Shown: positions 1 to 13,492 of the stretch, piece after piece
Numbering within the stretch: the stretch's first letter is position 1
Layout of the letters: each line of letters starts with the position of its first letter
Assembly (NCBI RefSeq): GCF_036321535.1
Contig: NC_087438.1
Coordinates: 48,794,001-48,858,000, forward strand
Direction: 5' to 3'
Source of the DNA: Camelus dromedarius
Lineage: Eukaryota
DNA length: 64,000 nucleotides
Translations under genes and position numbers: made by a program
The notes under the pieces: generated by a model
Told to the model about the DNA's origin: nothing
What the model saw: only the letters and a program-made list of their open reading frames with translations
The model's database searches: none

Positions 1-3000
1 GGCTTTGGGGTTTGAGTTTAAAAACCTGTCTTTTTTTTCCTAAAAAACTGCTGGGGAGGGAAGAGCTTTCTAAGGAAGCAGGAGAAATGGATGAAATGTG
101 TCTGTTTCTCAGAGTCTGTATTATTTTCAGATAGTATTACGGCGTTATTAATTATGAGATGAGCCGTTTGGAGAAACGATAGTGTCAAAGCCGTCGTCCC
201 CCTTTTGTTTGCCTGGAGGGAGTGGCCTCCCCGCCTTGGCCTGGCTCCACGTGCTTATGCTTTTTTAGGGGCACGTCATCATTTTGAGTGACAGAGACCC
301 ATTCTGCGCCCTTCGTAGAAACACATTAATCGCTGTTCTTAAAACCTCTTCTTGAACATCAGGTTCTGTTTCCTACCATTCACACAGCCATAATGTTAAA
401 GTGAAGATGTCAGGAGAAGGAAAATGGCCAAACGCGATTATAAACACAGCGAGGGGGTATGAACTTCTGCTCCAAGACCTATTTTTAAAACTCTGTTCCA
501 ACACGTATATACGTTTGTCTCCTGCTGTCTTAAATTTTTATTTTGGCCTTTAAAAATAAGATATTGATGAAAATCATGAGACACATAGAGTCAGTGACAT
601 ATAATGAGCTGTGCTCTAAACTTACAGATGGAGTAAGAAATAGGCACCGTTGTATGAGGGGTGCATGTGTTTGGTGCAGTAGCCTTGCTCACAAGTCTCT
701 GTTCTTTTCGGAAGTGTGGGGCTGAGTCCATCTTTATGTTGTGGTAGTGAAAAATAGTTATTGTCTCTTCGTGAACTGTCATAGCCATTTTGTCTGAGGG
801 GATGAGACTGCTGACCCAAGAGACTCGGTGAGTATGTGAGGAAAAGAATTGGCCTGTTTATGCTGCTTCAGATCTTCCCATGCAAAGAGCAGCTCCGTAT
901 GGAGGCTAGGCACGGGTGTTTGGGGCAGACTCCCTTGAAGTCACGGCTTTGTGCAATCTTCATCAATTTCCTGCCCTCTCGGTGTCCGATTCCTCTTCTG
1001 TAAAACAGGGATGGTAACCTACCTGGTAGGTTAACTACCTCGAGCGGTGTGGAGAGTAGATCATATTTAATATCGGCAAAGTGGTACCAGGTGCTGTTCC
1101 TATGCCACAGGGACCCCTCGTACAGGCATGACACCCATCCCGTCTGCTGCAGGTTTGGCCTGCTCACACCTGCACCCTTTCCAAGAGACTTGCCCACGGC
1201 TGGTGGGCGCTGTCTTGCTGGCCATGCTTGTTGTGAGCTCTCCCCACCCCACCCCACTGAGGGTGGCCCAGAGCCAGGGACCTCTGGTTCAGGAAAGAAG
1301 AGCCAGCACTGTTGCTTCTGGAAGGGTCAGCACTGGGGCACATTTGCCATCCGGGGCTTCCGTGGAGTCAGGCTGAGGCTAGACTTCTCTAGAAAGCCCG
1401 GCTCCTCTCCTCGCTTCTCTCACTTGTTTACTGGTTTCTCCTCAATACAGGTTCTCCCCGGCTGGCACAGGGCTCCCCATCTCAGGCCCCGCCAGGGAAC
1501 TTGACCCGAGCCCAGTCCTTCAAAGAGTGCTTGGCACTGAGTATTCATTCCATAGATCTTAGCCACTTGAAGAATTGAAAGTAATCAGAAGTTTTGGTCT
1601 AAATCAGGTGTCTAAACTGGAGAAGGCTCTGCTGTTCAGACTTGAGGGACCTGCAAATTTGTCATTGGTGCTGAAAAACAAGTGCTTCCCCAATCAGTTG
1701 TCTTTTGAACTATTTTTCTTTTAGTGGCTGTGCTTGAGTGTCCAGAGTGGTCAGTCAAGGGTCGAAGGTGAGCACGCACAATGGGGGAAGCCAGGTCCGT
1801 CCCCGCAAGTCATGAGTGGGCGGAGTCTCAGGTGTCCTAGGTTTCAGGTCCAAGGGCTACGACAGGAGACGAGGGAGGGAGCCGGAGCAGAGGCAAAGCA
1901 GTGGTGACTGGGGAGGAGAAGTGGTCCAGTTCTGGCTCATTTCTTGAGTGACAGGGGGCAGGTTTGAACCCTGGGGCTCAGTTGTTTGGGGTAACCAGAC
2001 CGGACATACTGTTTTGTTCAGATCATCAGGATGCAGGACACTCCTCTCAACCTTGGGAGGGAAGAGGGACAGGGCAAGGAAAAGAGGAAGGGAGAGGAGA
2101 GGAAGGGAGCTTTAGCTGCCAGAAGGTGGTGGCCCTTCTGGTCGTGCAGGGGAGAGAAAGGAATTCTCTAGATGTGGGACAGTGGACAGAGAGTTTTGAG
2201 TCAGCTTAACTGCTAAGCCGAATCATCTGTGTTGACAGGCAGGCAGTATTCCCTCCCGGAAAGTGTTGCTCCTGGGGAGAAAGCCACTGCAAAGAGCTAA
2301 AAAGGCCATGTGGCAGGCCTGTGCCATAGCCCTTACGTGACAGCGAGTGACAGTCAAAACAGGCCACTGAGACTGCAAATTTCAGCTTCAGAAGTCCAAA
2401 TGCAATCTTGAAGAAGTTCTTGCCCATTTGCCATCTCACAGTCAGGAACTCAGAGACCTGGGGAGCAATCTGCAGGTGTATGACACCCATTTCATTAATC
2501 ATCAACCACTGGCTTTTTCTCCTGGAAGACAGGCCATTGTCACCAACATCATTAACAGCAGATAAATTCAAGACACCCGCGTTAGGTCAAAATCTGGTCT
2601 TCTAGGACTTAGCATCAGATACTGATTTGCTTTATGACCAGGATCACTCATGTGACAAAGGTGGGGTCACCTGGAGGCAAGATGGCAAGGCTGACTGCAT
2701 GGTTGAGATAGGAGGTACAGGAGAAGCACTTCTAAGGGTCTCAAGTCCATTCTAGTGAGACTTCTCAGAGAAGTTGATGTTCAAAGTGAAAGGGGGAGGA
2801 AAGGGCGCTCTGGGGCTTGGGTTCATGATATTCAACAAGACCCTCAGGGTTCACTGCATTAGGCTGGTAAATAACCACTGTGCACTGGGACTATTTTAGG
2901 GTTAACTCTGCCCTCTTACACTTTGTCTCGGTCAACGCTGAACACAATGATAGTGTTGTTTCCTCCCTTTTTTACTTTAAATGAGAAAGCTGAGGTTCAG

Positions 3001-4029
3001 AAAACATGACTCAGGAAGCAAGAAAGTCAGCATTTGGACCCTGACCATCTGCCTGATACTTCTCTTCACTGGAGAAAAGAGCTCAGCTGTGCTGTAAGTG
3101 TGTTGAGAGAGAGTGTGTCTTTAAGCACAGGACATGCCATTTGTCTCTTTTATTTCTTGATTCCTATTACATTCATGTGTATGAACCCCACCCCCAAAGA
3201 TAAAACTCTCCCTGCCCACCTAGTCCCTCATCTGCCAGGTTCTCCCTTCCCAGCCCCACGGGTGCCCTCTGGGATTGGTCTCTTGTGTATTCTTCCAGGG
3301 TCTCCTGACGTCCTAAGGGGAGGTAATGAGAGTCTGCCCTTCTTTCTGCCTTCACGTGAAAGTTAGCATATTAAAAACATTGCTGAATCCTTTTTTCCCA
3401 GTGAACTCTTCCTCCTAGAGGTCTTTCCACATCGTTTGACAGGAAGCTTCCTCAATCCCCTTTCCAGTTGTATTGTGTTCCATTACGTGGAAGTCCTGTC
3501 ATTTATGGACTCAGTGCCCTACTGATGAAACTTTGGGTTGTTCCTTATTCACTATTAGAAAATATTGCAAGGAGTAACTTGCACATTCATCCTTCCACAC
3601 ATACACAAGTACACCTTTCGGTTAAATTGCCGAAGGTAGAATTGCCGAGGGAAATGGGACGTATCTGTATTTTTCTGTGGCTAGTCACCAGAAATTTTGA
3701 TAACACCACAGTGAGACACAAAGCACTTGCAAACCACGGACACACCCAGCTAATGAGAACCCCGGCTGAGCTCCTCCCGGGGATTAAGCACTGGGTGGGT
3801 GCCCTGAGCGCTCACTGGAGCCCAGGATGCTGGGCTTTGGCTTTTAGGTCTCCTTCCATTCTGTGCCGGCTGTGATGCAGGGAAACTGGTATATCCTTGG
3901 GGTGCTTCCTCTTGCCCTTGGGCACATCGTACTGTGAGACAGAACTGAGACAGGACGCCATCTGTGACCTGTCTTAGAGAAGCAGAAAGAGCCCAGGCTT
4001 GGGGCCAGAAAGACCAAAGTTCCAGGCTT

Positions 4030-4190
4030 GGCTCGATCACTCTTTATCTGTGTTATCCTCTCTGGGCCTTGGTTCCTTCATCTGGGGAGAAAGGAAAATA
4101 ATCAGACCCATCAGGAGTGGTTATGGTGAGGATTAGAGAGAATGTGTGGAAAGCCCAGCAAGTGCTCAATAAATGGTTGCTCTGATTTTG
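4030..4190 (+). mobile_element. MIR SINE
   Basis: ctctgggccttggttccttcatctgggg ... ggttatggtgaggattagagagaatgtgtggaaagccc ... gtgctcaataaatggttgct. Confidence 0.75.
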
Positions 4191-5464
4191 TAGAATTATC
4201 CTAAAATCCATGCTTATAAACATACTCTGTCTGTGTCACTGAGGCCCAGCACCGGCCTCTACCTGGCATCCCTGTCAATGACTCAGAGCCCCAGCTACAA
4301 GGCATCTCATCATGGACGATCTGACTCTTCGGAAGCAGTTCCCGAGTGGTTTGCCACATCCTGTTGATGATGCAATGTTACTCACGACACAGCCACATTA
4401 AGCGCCAACCGCGCTCTTATTGAAGGATCCTGGCTCGTTCATTAGTCAGAAACCAATTTTTCACTATTCATTCCAGCACCTAAGCAAGCCCTTAAAAAGC
4501 ACTAAGATTTATCTAGAGTCAGATGAGCTTGGAAATCCTACAAATAGGGCCACCCACAGCCTCACCATCCAATGACAGGTGTCTGGACTCACAAGAAGAA
4601 AAGACCCACCAAGTACAGGGCAGGCGTTTTCAACGCCGATCTGAGACTTGCCCCTTCCAATTCTTTTTCTCATCTTTTTTGGTAGTTCTTGACACCCAAA
4701 TCAGTACGCAGAGGTCCGTTCCCTCTTGGAGAAGGAAGTGGACGCTCTCTGAAATACATCATGGCAGTGATGCAAGAGGGATTTCTCTTAAGTTTCCTCA
4801 TGCTCTGAATCCCTTAAAAGGGGGGAATTGGATTTTACCTAGTCAGGCCCCCCATTTCTTTCCTTAATTGTTTTTTAAACCACTGAAACGCAAGGCTGCA
4901 AACAAGGCACACATTAGCTATGCCTCCCATCTTTGGCCTGTTCCTGCCACAGTCACATCTTCTGCCCTTCAAAGTAGTTCAGCAGCAAAATGTTCAAACT
5001 GTGAGTCACTCCCGGATTGTTCAGGCAACCGAAGGAAAGTCTGTTAATGGGATTCACAGTGCTTACAGCTGAAAATAGAGTGAGACATGGAATGGCCAAT
5101 GTGTAAAGGATTCTTCCGTGTCGTTCAGAGTAATGAGATTCTGTTGCAGCTTCTTCCTGAGTTGAAATCGCTGACAGTATATATGCATATTCATTTTTGG
5201 ACACTTTGATGTAAAAACCAGTCATTTGAGGAAGTCAGTCTAACATCCGAGAATTGTAGGCACTTGGGAATAAAGGAGAAATTCTCTAAGTTTATCTTCT
5301 TCCTCAACATTTTTGCGTTCTTGAAGAAGATGTTGAAGACTGAGTATCTGGGGTGATAAGCTCACGGGCTATTAAAAAAAAAACCTGATACAGATTTGTG
5401 GCAGGAATATTAACCTGTAGTACTTGCAACTTTCGACTTTTCTATCCTCAAGGATTAGTTGCGA

Positions 5465-5648
5465 GCTCTTATATCGCTGTGGAGATTTGAGTGGAAATGT
5501 TCTTATATCTGCTCTGTGCAATACGGTAGCCATTGGCCACATGTGCTATTTGAATTTAAACTAAAATCAAATTTAAAGGTTCGGTTTTTAGTAACACTAG
5601 CTACACTTCTGGTGCTCAGTGCCCACACGTGTCTGCTGGACGGTGCAG
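5465..5648. mobile_element. MER3-type hAT-Charlie MITE
   Basis: ggaaatgttcttatatctgctctgtgcaatacggtagccattggccacatgtg ... cactagctacacttctggtgctcagtgcccacacgtg. Confidence 0.8.
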
Positions 5649-6537
5649 CTCGGAGGTGCAGAAAGTGGCGGGCGTCCATGTGGTGGCCATGGCTCCCCCA
5701 GCCCGAGTGTGACAGAGAGCTGGCTCCCCAGTGGGTAGCGGACTAACCGGTAGCCTCTTGCTACAGCCTTTTCTCCTCATGAGTGTGGGACTAGACATCC
5801 CTAAACGTGGTTAACTCTGGAGGGATAGGCTTGCAAATTAAATTTCATACATTCATGTTCAAGAACTAGGTTCTTATGCTTAAGTGTAACTGAGTTATGT
5901 GTAGTAGCCAGCCCTTCTGAATCACCAAGTTTGTCCAAATTTCTTGACTTGAAATGAGTTGGGACCTGCTTTGGGAGATAATGTTCCCTCTAGAGAAGAA
6001 ATGCATCAGTTTTGCAGACTGACGTTATTTGGTGCACAAGCATTTGCAAATTTCCCACCATTTGACGTAGCGCAGGAGTTGGGTCAGATCTATGCCAGAA
6101 CGAGCCAACAACCCACCCCCCGCCCTGCTCAACTTAATGGTCTGCGTTTTCCGATAGAGTTCCACTGCCAAGCCTGATGATTTAAGTCGAACTCACCTTG
6201 ATGCAAAAACGGTATGAGGCAAAATTACGTGTGTTTTATGAGTAAAATCTAATCATTGTTCAACATTCATGTGTTCCTTTGGAGATACCTCCTAGCGAGT
6301 TAATGGCTGTTACTACTCCCTCCCTCACCCGCTGCCCTCCCAGCCCCACCTACTGCCAGCATTACGGTCTAGTAGAGACATCAGATGAACCCCACCAAAG
6401 GAAGTCTTGAAGGAGAATACAAATTCAAAGGGCTAAACGTGAACATCAGTGTGAATTACTCTTTGAGCTTCATCAAGGGGGACAAATGGTGATGCAGGCC
6501 TAAGTGTATCTAAAGTCTCTAAAGTAACTAACTTTTA

Positions 6538-6903
6538 TGAAGGAAGTCGGCAGAGAAAGACAGATAACATATGATATCACTTATATGTGACATCTAAAAA
6601 TGACACCAATGAACTTATTCACAAAACAGGAAGAGACTCACAGACAAAGAAAACAAACTTATGGTTACCAAAGGGGAAAGGAGGGGAGGGACAAATTAGG
6701 AGTTTGGGATAGCAGATACTAATTACCATACATAAAATAGACAAACAACAAAGTCCTACTGTATAGCACAAGGAACTATGTTTAGTATATTGTAATAACC
6801 CATAATGAAAAAGAATACAAAAAAGAATATATACATGTATAACAGTCATTCTGCTGTACACCAGAAATTACCACAACATTGTAAATCAACTCTACAATAA
6901 AAT
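6538..6903 (+). mobile_element. 5'-truncated L1 3' end (artiodactyl/L1MA-like)
   Basis: Typical L1 3'UTR (aatgaacttattcacaaaacag, ggttaccaaagggg, gtcctactgtatagcacaaggaacta, ttgtaaatcaact). Perfect 11-bp TSD actaactttta at 6527-6537 and 6904-6914. Confidence 0.93.
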
Positions 6904-6919
6904 ACTAACTTTTAGAGGG

Positions 6920-7090
6920 TTTATTCTGGGCCAGGCACTGTTCTGTACACTCTGTATTTACTCATTTTATTGTTACAGCAGCCACATCTCTCTGATGAGG
7001 AAACTGAGACAGGGAGAGGTTAAGCAATTTACCCAAGTCCACATAACCATGCTACAAAACTAGTCAGTCTAGGGGGCCTAGACTCCTATA
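6920..7090 (-). mobile_element. MIR SINE
   Basis: ccaggcactgttctg ... ctgatgaggaaactgagacagggagaggttaagcaatttacccaagtccacat. Confidence 0.8.
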
Positions 7091-8949
7091 ACCATGAGGC
7101 TAATTGCTTCTCTGTTTGTGTCTTATGTCTGCATAAGTACCAGCCGGGCTAGTCCTTTGTCCCCAGTACAGTCTAGTAGGGTAGGCTGCTCCCTGGAGCT
7201 GTACGAAAGCATGAGAATGTAGGATGTGAGCCCAGCACCATCTGTCATGACTCACCCAGAAGCTGGAAGGTGAGCTGAGTAGTCACTGGGATGCTCACCT
7301 CCATTCTTCCCTCACCTGGGCTTCTTCTGTTGGCCAGGTATGGAGGGGAGAGAAGTCTTCCCCACTCTCCACCACCCTATAACAACCTCTCCTTGCTCCT
7401 GCCCTGAGCTCCCTCAGGGAAATTCAGGAGAGATGGCCCAGTCCTGCCAGCTCACTCTTTTGGTTCTTTTGGTTCTTTGGAGGATTTGAGGTAACCAGAA
7501 ACTAGTGAAGGCTGAAGGTATGCAATGTCCCTTAGGAATAGAAAATCGTCTTTGGTAGGGTCCAGCCTGGGTCCCCAGTCCCCTTGAATAAAGCATGAGG
7601 GTAAACAGGCTCCCAGCTCCAAAACAATTCTACTTTAAAGTTCCATATCTGACAATTAAAACCTAAGATATGGTTTGAAAAGGGAAAAAAGGCTTTCCTT
7701 TGTAGAAGCCCAAATTACCCCATTGCCAGTAGCCTCTAGGGCATACACATGGAATCACAATGTCGTTAAAAAGCAGCCAGCACACTGTCTATGCAGTCAG
7801 CAGACACTTAGCTGACTCACGGTCTGGCTGCTTGGTCGGGGGAAGCCGTGTGATTGGCACAGCACACGTACCCGGGGCAGTCCTGCTGTGTTTGTGTGGC
7901 CGAGCTGGGAATTCACTCCCCTATCTTATCTGTAGCTGGGTGACTGACAGATGGTAGGGTTACAGGGCCAGACGGAAGGCGAGAGGGCCCTCTCTTCTCT
8001 GCCTGGGTGGTCTCTTTGTTCCTATCTTCCTAGAAAAGATGATTAGATACAGAGCTGGGTTAGGAAAGAACCTTTGAGGTCATGTAGACCCACCCGCATT
8101 GCTGCTTTGCAGATAAGAAAAAGGAACCTTGCGGTGGTAAAATGACGAGCCTAAGGTCAGTTTAATGTCAGAGATGATGATCGTGGTTGTCATCCAAAGA
8201 AAGTCCCAATTCTTGTCCCAGGCTACCAAGTGAAACCAGCTTGCAAGATCGCTTTCTCAGAGGTCTTCCATGCTATTTCTTGGTTAAAGCCTCAGTTTTT
8301 GTGGTTTATGCTGGGCAGATGAAATTGAGGCAGAGGGAAAGGGTTTTTATTATTATTTATAATGGGTACTCTGCTAACTGTCTAAAGGGATTTGTGGTGG
8401 CTTGTAAGGAAAGGGAGGCATCTAATAAAGCTGTTACATTTTTTAAAAAAATTACATATAGAAGGACGGGGAAAAACAATATTAAACTTCTAAGTTCAAG
8501 GCAGCCAAGGGGAACAGTATGAGTAACTCAATTCTCATTATCTGTTGAAATCCATTAATTCTTCAGGTACAACGTTCTTGCAGAAAAGTTTGATGGCTCC
8601 CTCACCACTCCCCACTCACTGCAGAGCTTTTGTTTGTTTTGTTTGTGATCCACCTGGACAAGGGCCCTGGGGCTGCAGCGATGCTCTGGTGCTCACTGAC
8701 CAGGTGCCTAGTGCCCCAGAGAGGGTGCCCAAAGGCATCACGACCATGCTTCACCCTTATTCTGAGACACTATTTTCATGGTATGCTGTTTTGACTCCAC
8801 ATAACTTTCATCTTGGAGTGTATATTGTCACCTAATAATTGAGTTGTCTTTTTAGAGACTGTCAGGGTCTTTTCTTCTAAATACAAGGACACATCTGGGC
8901 ACACCAAAGGCAGAACAGCCAGCCAGGGAGGTCTCGTTGGAATTCCTTT

Positions 8950-9480
8950 CTCTGAATTCAACAGCATGTACTGAGTACCTGCTGCATGTCCTACCCCCAC
9001 TGAGGAGCAAGGGATAAGATGTGAGTTGGGCCTGATTGATTGATAGAGGTGGGTCTGATGACGTACACTACAGTTTAATGACACAATGTGATATAATGGA
9101 ACAGTGATCAGAATGGCATGTCTTAGGAACACAGTAGAACATCAGATTCTGCCCAGGAGCATGGGAGGAGGCTTTCCAGGAAATGTAACATTTTATTCAT
9201 TCTTTCAACAAATAGTTAATGAATGTCTGTTTTTTTCCCAGACAGTGTGTTGGGTACTGGGCTGATCAAATCAGTCCTGATCCCCCTATGTATAGAGGGA
9301 GAAGGGGAATCCTAGAGTGATTCTAGAGGAAAAGAACCCTGTGAACAAATGCGGAAAGGGCACAGAAGTTAAAGGGTGACCAGATAATGTAAGGGCACGA
9401 AGGAACTTGAACTTAATCCCATAGTCAATGGGGAGATGGGGAAGGATTTACAGAGGGGACTGGCATGATCAGATTTGTGC
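8950..9480 (-). mobile_element. L2 LINE fragments
   Basis: ttcattctttcaacaaatagttaatgaatg, gtcaatgggagatggggaaggatttacagagggg...catgatcagatttgtgcttt. Confidence 0.7.
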
Positions 9481-9499
9481 TTTCAAAGTTAATCAGCCA

Positions 9500-10520
9500 C
9501 AAAGATTTAATTATTTCAAAAACAAAACCATAAAAGTACTAGAAAAAGACACAGGTAAATATTTATATAATTTTCACTTGGAGGAAAGGTTTGTCAGTGT
9601 ATGACCTGAAAAAGCTAAAACGATACAGAAAAAGATTTGAATATGTAAAGATTTAAAAGTTGGGTAACAACAAACCACTATTAAAAGGACAAAAGTTTTT
9701 TAAAAAACTTAAAAAATGTTTGGCAAATTGGAGAGAATTTAAAAGCCTTGGTATAGAAAAAGCTCATACACATAAGTAAGAAAAGGAAGATCACCTCCTA
9801 GAAAATGGGCACAAGGAGATGTTCAAATGTGCAATAAAAGAGATGAAACATGTTCAAATGCACTAGCAGCCTGAACATGTGAAAACAGGCAGATACCATT
9901 TTTCATTTAGCTGAATGAAATGGTTTTGGTTTGTTTCTCTTTTGTTTTAAGAAAGTCATGCCCAGTGTTAGTGAAGAACTAGAGAATCAGGCACTTTAAA
10001 AGTACTGGTGGCGTAAGGTGGTGTGGAAGAGCCACCTGTGATGTGTCTGACAGTGAAGAGGTGCACTGACTCAGGAAACCTACTTTTAGAAATACGTACT
10101 AAGTAAATAGGTTCTCTCATAAAATCTTCATTCCAAATGGTTCATTCTTATGTTGTTTATAATAGTAAAAACAAAGCAAAACCCAGCACAAACCATAACC
10201 CAAAAAACGCCAGGAGAAAACGATGTAAATGCCCGCCCCGAAATAGAGGACTGGTTAGCAGTGCGGTGGCCAGCCGTGTGCCACGGGGCCAAGAGAAAGG
10301 CTGTGGCTCTGTGTCTGCCGACGTGGACGTTTTCCCACAAAATGTTACTAAAGAAGAATGGAAGGTTATGGAGAATGATCATAGTAGGATCTCGTTTTTG
10401 TAAATATATATTCTATGCACACATACATCAGAAAAATCTGCGAAAAAAGACAACAAAGCGTTACATGTTATTTCTGATTGTAGTTGGTATTTCTTTCATT
10501 ATGCCCATCTTTATCTTCTC
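9500..10520 (+). mobile_element. Very old L1ME fragments
   Basis: A-rich, with degenerate motifs (aggtaaatatttatataattttcacttggagg, gaaaatgggcacaagg, gataccatttttcat, cccagtgttagtgaaga). Confidence 0.55.
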
Positions 10521-10559
10521 ACTGTGCTTCAGAAAATATGAATCAAAGAAGTCAGTTTT

Positions 10560-10685
10560 GGGGGGAGGGTATAGCTCAGTGGTAGAGTGCGTGCTTAGCG
10601 TGCATGAGGTCCTGGGTTCAACCCCCACTGCCTCCATTAAAATAAACAAATCTAATCACCTACCCCCTCTTCCAAAGGAAAAAAA
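10560..10685 (+). mobile_element. Camelid tRNA-derived SINE (vic-1-like)
   Basis: GGGGGAGGGTATAGCTCAGTGGTAGAG (Pol III A box), GGGTTCAACCCC (B box), A-rich linker, C-rich tail, A tail. TSD aagtcagtt (10549-10557) / aaatcagtt (10683-10691). Confidence 0.93.
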
Positions 10686-13179
10686 TCAGTTACTGTAACA
10701 CAGTAAGATGACTAACTCAGGTGCAAAAGACTGGCGGCTTTGAGGAAGCCTTTGGCACAATCCAGGTGAGAAATGAGGAAGGCTTGTGCTGGGCTCCACT
10801 GGTTTCCTGCCCTGGCTGAACTTCAGAATCACCTAGGGAGGGGTCAAAAAACACTAATTTCAGGGCACAAACAAGACTGATTCATTTCGAGTCTCTGGCG
10901 TTGGCTCTGTTTTAACCTCTGCACCCCAGCCCCAACCCCTTCTAAGTGACTAAAATGTGCAGCCAGAAATCAGACCACTGCTCTCTGGGGCAGGGGCAGC
11001 TGGAAAGGAGAGAAGGATTTGCTGTTTCGTGGGTGGGATCTCTGAAAAGGATATTAATCGTAAGACACCCACGAAGCTAGCTTTAGTGGCTTTCCTTTCA
11101 TTCTGCGCAGCTTTCAAGGTCAAGTGTATTGCTGAGACATGCAGGGGCACTGAAAAATGGCCCCTGTTGGTTGATCCTTCTGGGCTAAGCTGCCTCTGGT
11201 ATTGCAGATTGTTCCATTTTTGCTCTTGTGCGGAGCAACGCTGCCACAGGGACAAATCCTCCATCTTCCCAGCGACTGCATGTGAGCAGTCAGCTCCAGA
11301 GCTCAGGCGATGCAGAGGGCTGAACAGTTCACACAAAGGATGACATTTCATATACATCTGTGAATGGGACTGTTACTTACATGATGGTTTTTTTTTTTAG
11401 AGGAGGTTTTGTTTTAAAGCTCGCTGGAGTTGGTCTTTCGTTACTAATTGCAGTGTAGGTAGGTGTTAGCTAATGTTCCAATAACTGTTTCCAGCAACGC
11501 TGCAGTAGCTTCCCTTAAGGTTTAAAAATTATGATTTGCTTTTAATTGCCACCCTTCTTAATAGGGGTCACTCAGACAGGAAGGAGAACTTCACATATCT
11601 CACCAGTCTTTGATGTTAGAGGTTACCGAGGCAACTTGGAGGGGTATCTTAAAAGGTGTCAGGTAAATACAGGTGAATTTTAATCATGATACGCATTGAC
11701 ATTTTAATTCGCAATAGCAACAGAGACCCTTTTGTATGGCTGGGGAGGAATTATATCAGATTTTGGCTATGGATACAGGATTTCTCACTTCTTATTGGCT
11801 AAAAAAAATGAGGCCATTATAAACAGTATTGAAATATTAATCACGCCTCCCATAATTAAACACCCCCTTTAAAAATAAAAGTTACGCAATCTGTCTTTCA
11901 CTTCATCTTTGACTTTCATTCCAACACAAGTGGGAGGAAATGAGCTCCGGTCGAAGTTAAACTTGAAAGTGATTTTGACTTCGCAGGGAGTAGCAGTGCT
12001 GAGGCCAAGAACTTGACTTTGTCTTCTCTCCCGCTTGGGGTCAGTATTTCTGTAGACGCCAGAGGGGCTGAGGAGACAGGACCGGAAATGACAATGCCTC
12101 CACCAAAGGCCAAGGGAGGATTAACAGAAAGGTGGCACTGCAGACCCAGTGCGGACTGGCCCTCGTGAACTGCTCCCAAAAGGCAGGTGAGGTCAGGAGC
12201 AGTAGGGAGGAGGTCGATGTTGGGGGTGACGCTGGGGGATTCAGCGAGCAGCTCCAAAGTCCCCCTCCCAGGCAGTCTTTGACATCAAAGGCATGTGTCT
12301 GCCTTAACTGGCAGGTGAAGTTGCCTTGCGGATGACAGCAGGCCTCTGGGAAGATAAGAACAGAAATCACTGAGCTTCAAATCACTGATCTTTGTGCTTC
12401 ACTAAAACTCGTCCCGTGTCCCTGGGGCCGGACCACAGAACCCTGAGGGCAGAGGCTTGGGTCCTAATAAGCCCATGGAGTGAGTTAATAAACTCTATTG
12501 ACATCATCTCCATTTTAATTTTGAAGAATACAGATAAAAGTAAAACAATACTAAAAGGTATGCATTGAAGAGCAAGCCTCCCTCTGTTCGCCACTCTGTT
12601 CCTTGGACCCCCCTTCCCGTGTCCCTTTCCTGGAGACAACCACCACTAGTTACTTCTAGACATCCTGCCACAGATCTCCGCTTCCTCCACTTTCTTCTTT
12701 TCCTTTGTCTTTTCCCTTCCTCCTCCCTCCTCCATCCCCACCTCTGTGTGTGTGTATATATATACACACACTACGTATATGCACACACGCACACTTTTAA
12801 CACAGGCGAATGTCAACTTTCCATGTTGTTCTCTCTTACTACGTTCCCTCATATTCACTTATCAATAGATTCTGGAGATCATTCCACACAGGACCTACTC
12901 GTTCTGTGAAAGTCTGCACATCACTCCACTGTGCAATTGGACTGTAATATATGCAGCCAGGTCCCTAACTGATAGCCTTTCAATTTTTTTCTAACCTTTG
13001 TGCTTTAACGAATGTCTTTGCACAACTGTCTTTATGCATGAGGGAATGCTTCTGAGGGATTAATTAACTTGGTCATAAAATTTCTGAATCAGAGTATAGG
13101 CATTTCAAATCTTGATTGATAGTGACCCATTTTTATCCAAATATTGAGTTAATTTACACTTTATCAAGGATGAATGAGA

Positions 13180-13492
13180 CCTTGAAAATATTATGTTCAG
13201 TGAAAGAATCAGGTTACCAAAAGGCCACATCTTATGTAAGTCCATTTATAATGAGATATCCAGAATAGGCAAATCCATAGAGACAGAAAGTAGATTGCTG
13301 GTTGCCAGGGGCACGTGGGGAGGGACTGCTAAAGGGGACAAGGTTTCTTTTTGGGGTGATAAAAATGTTCTGAACTTAGATACCCGTGATGGTTGCATGA
13401 CTGTGAATATACTAAAATCCACTAAATTGTATCCTTTAAAAGAATGAATCTTATGTGAATTATATCTCAATAAAGCTGTTATTTAAAAAAAA
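13180..13492 (+). mobile_element. 5'-truncated L1MB-type 3' end
   Basis: ggcaaatccatagagacagaaagtagatt ... tatatctcaataaagctgtt plus A tail. TSD atgaatgaga (13170-13179) / atgaacgaga (13493-13502). Confidence 0.9.

Noticed and set aside
10560-10635. tRNA-like sequence
   Set aside because: Head of a SINE with tail and TSD, lacking a proper acceptor stem. Not a tRNA gene. The same applies at 46484 and 50307.
10150-10698. 182-aa ORF starting at TTG
   Set aside because: Reads through L1ME debris and a SINE. Chance ORF.
12748-12771. Perfect 24-bp palindrome gtgtgtgtatatatatacacacac
   Set aside because: Trivial consequence of adjacent (GT)n(AT)n(AC)n microsatellites.
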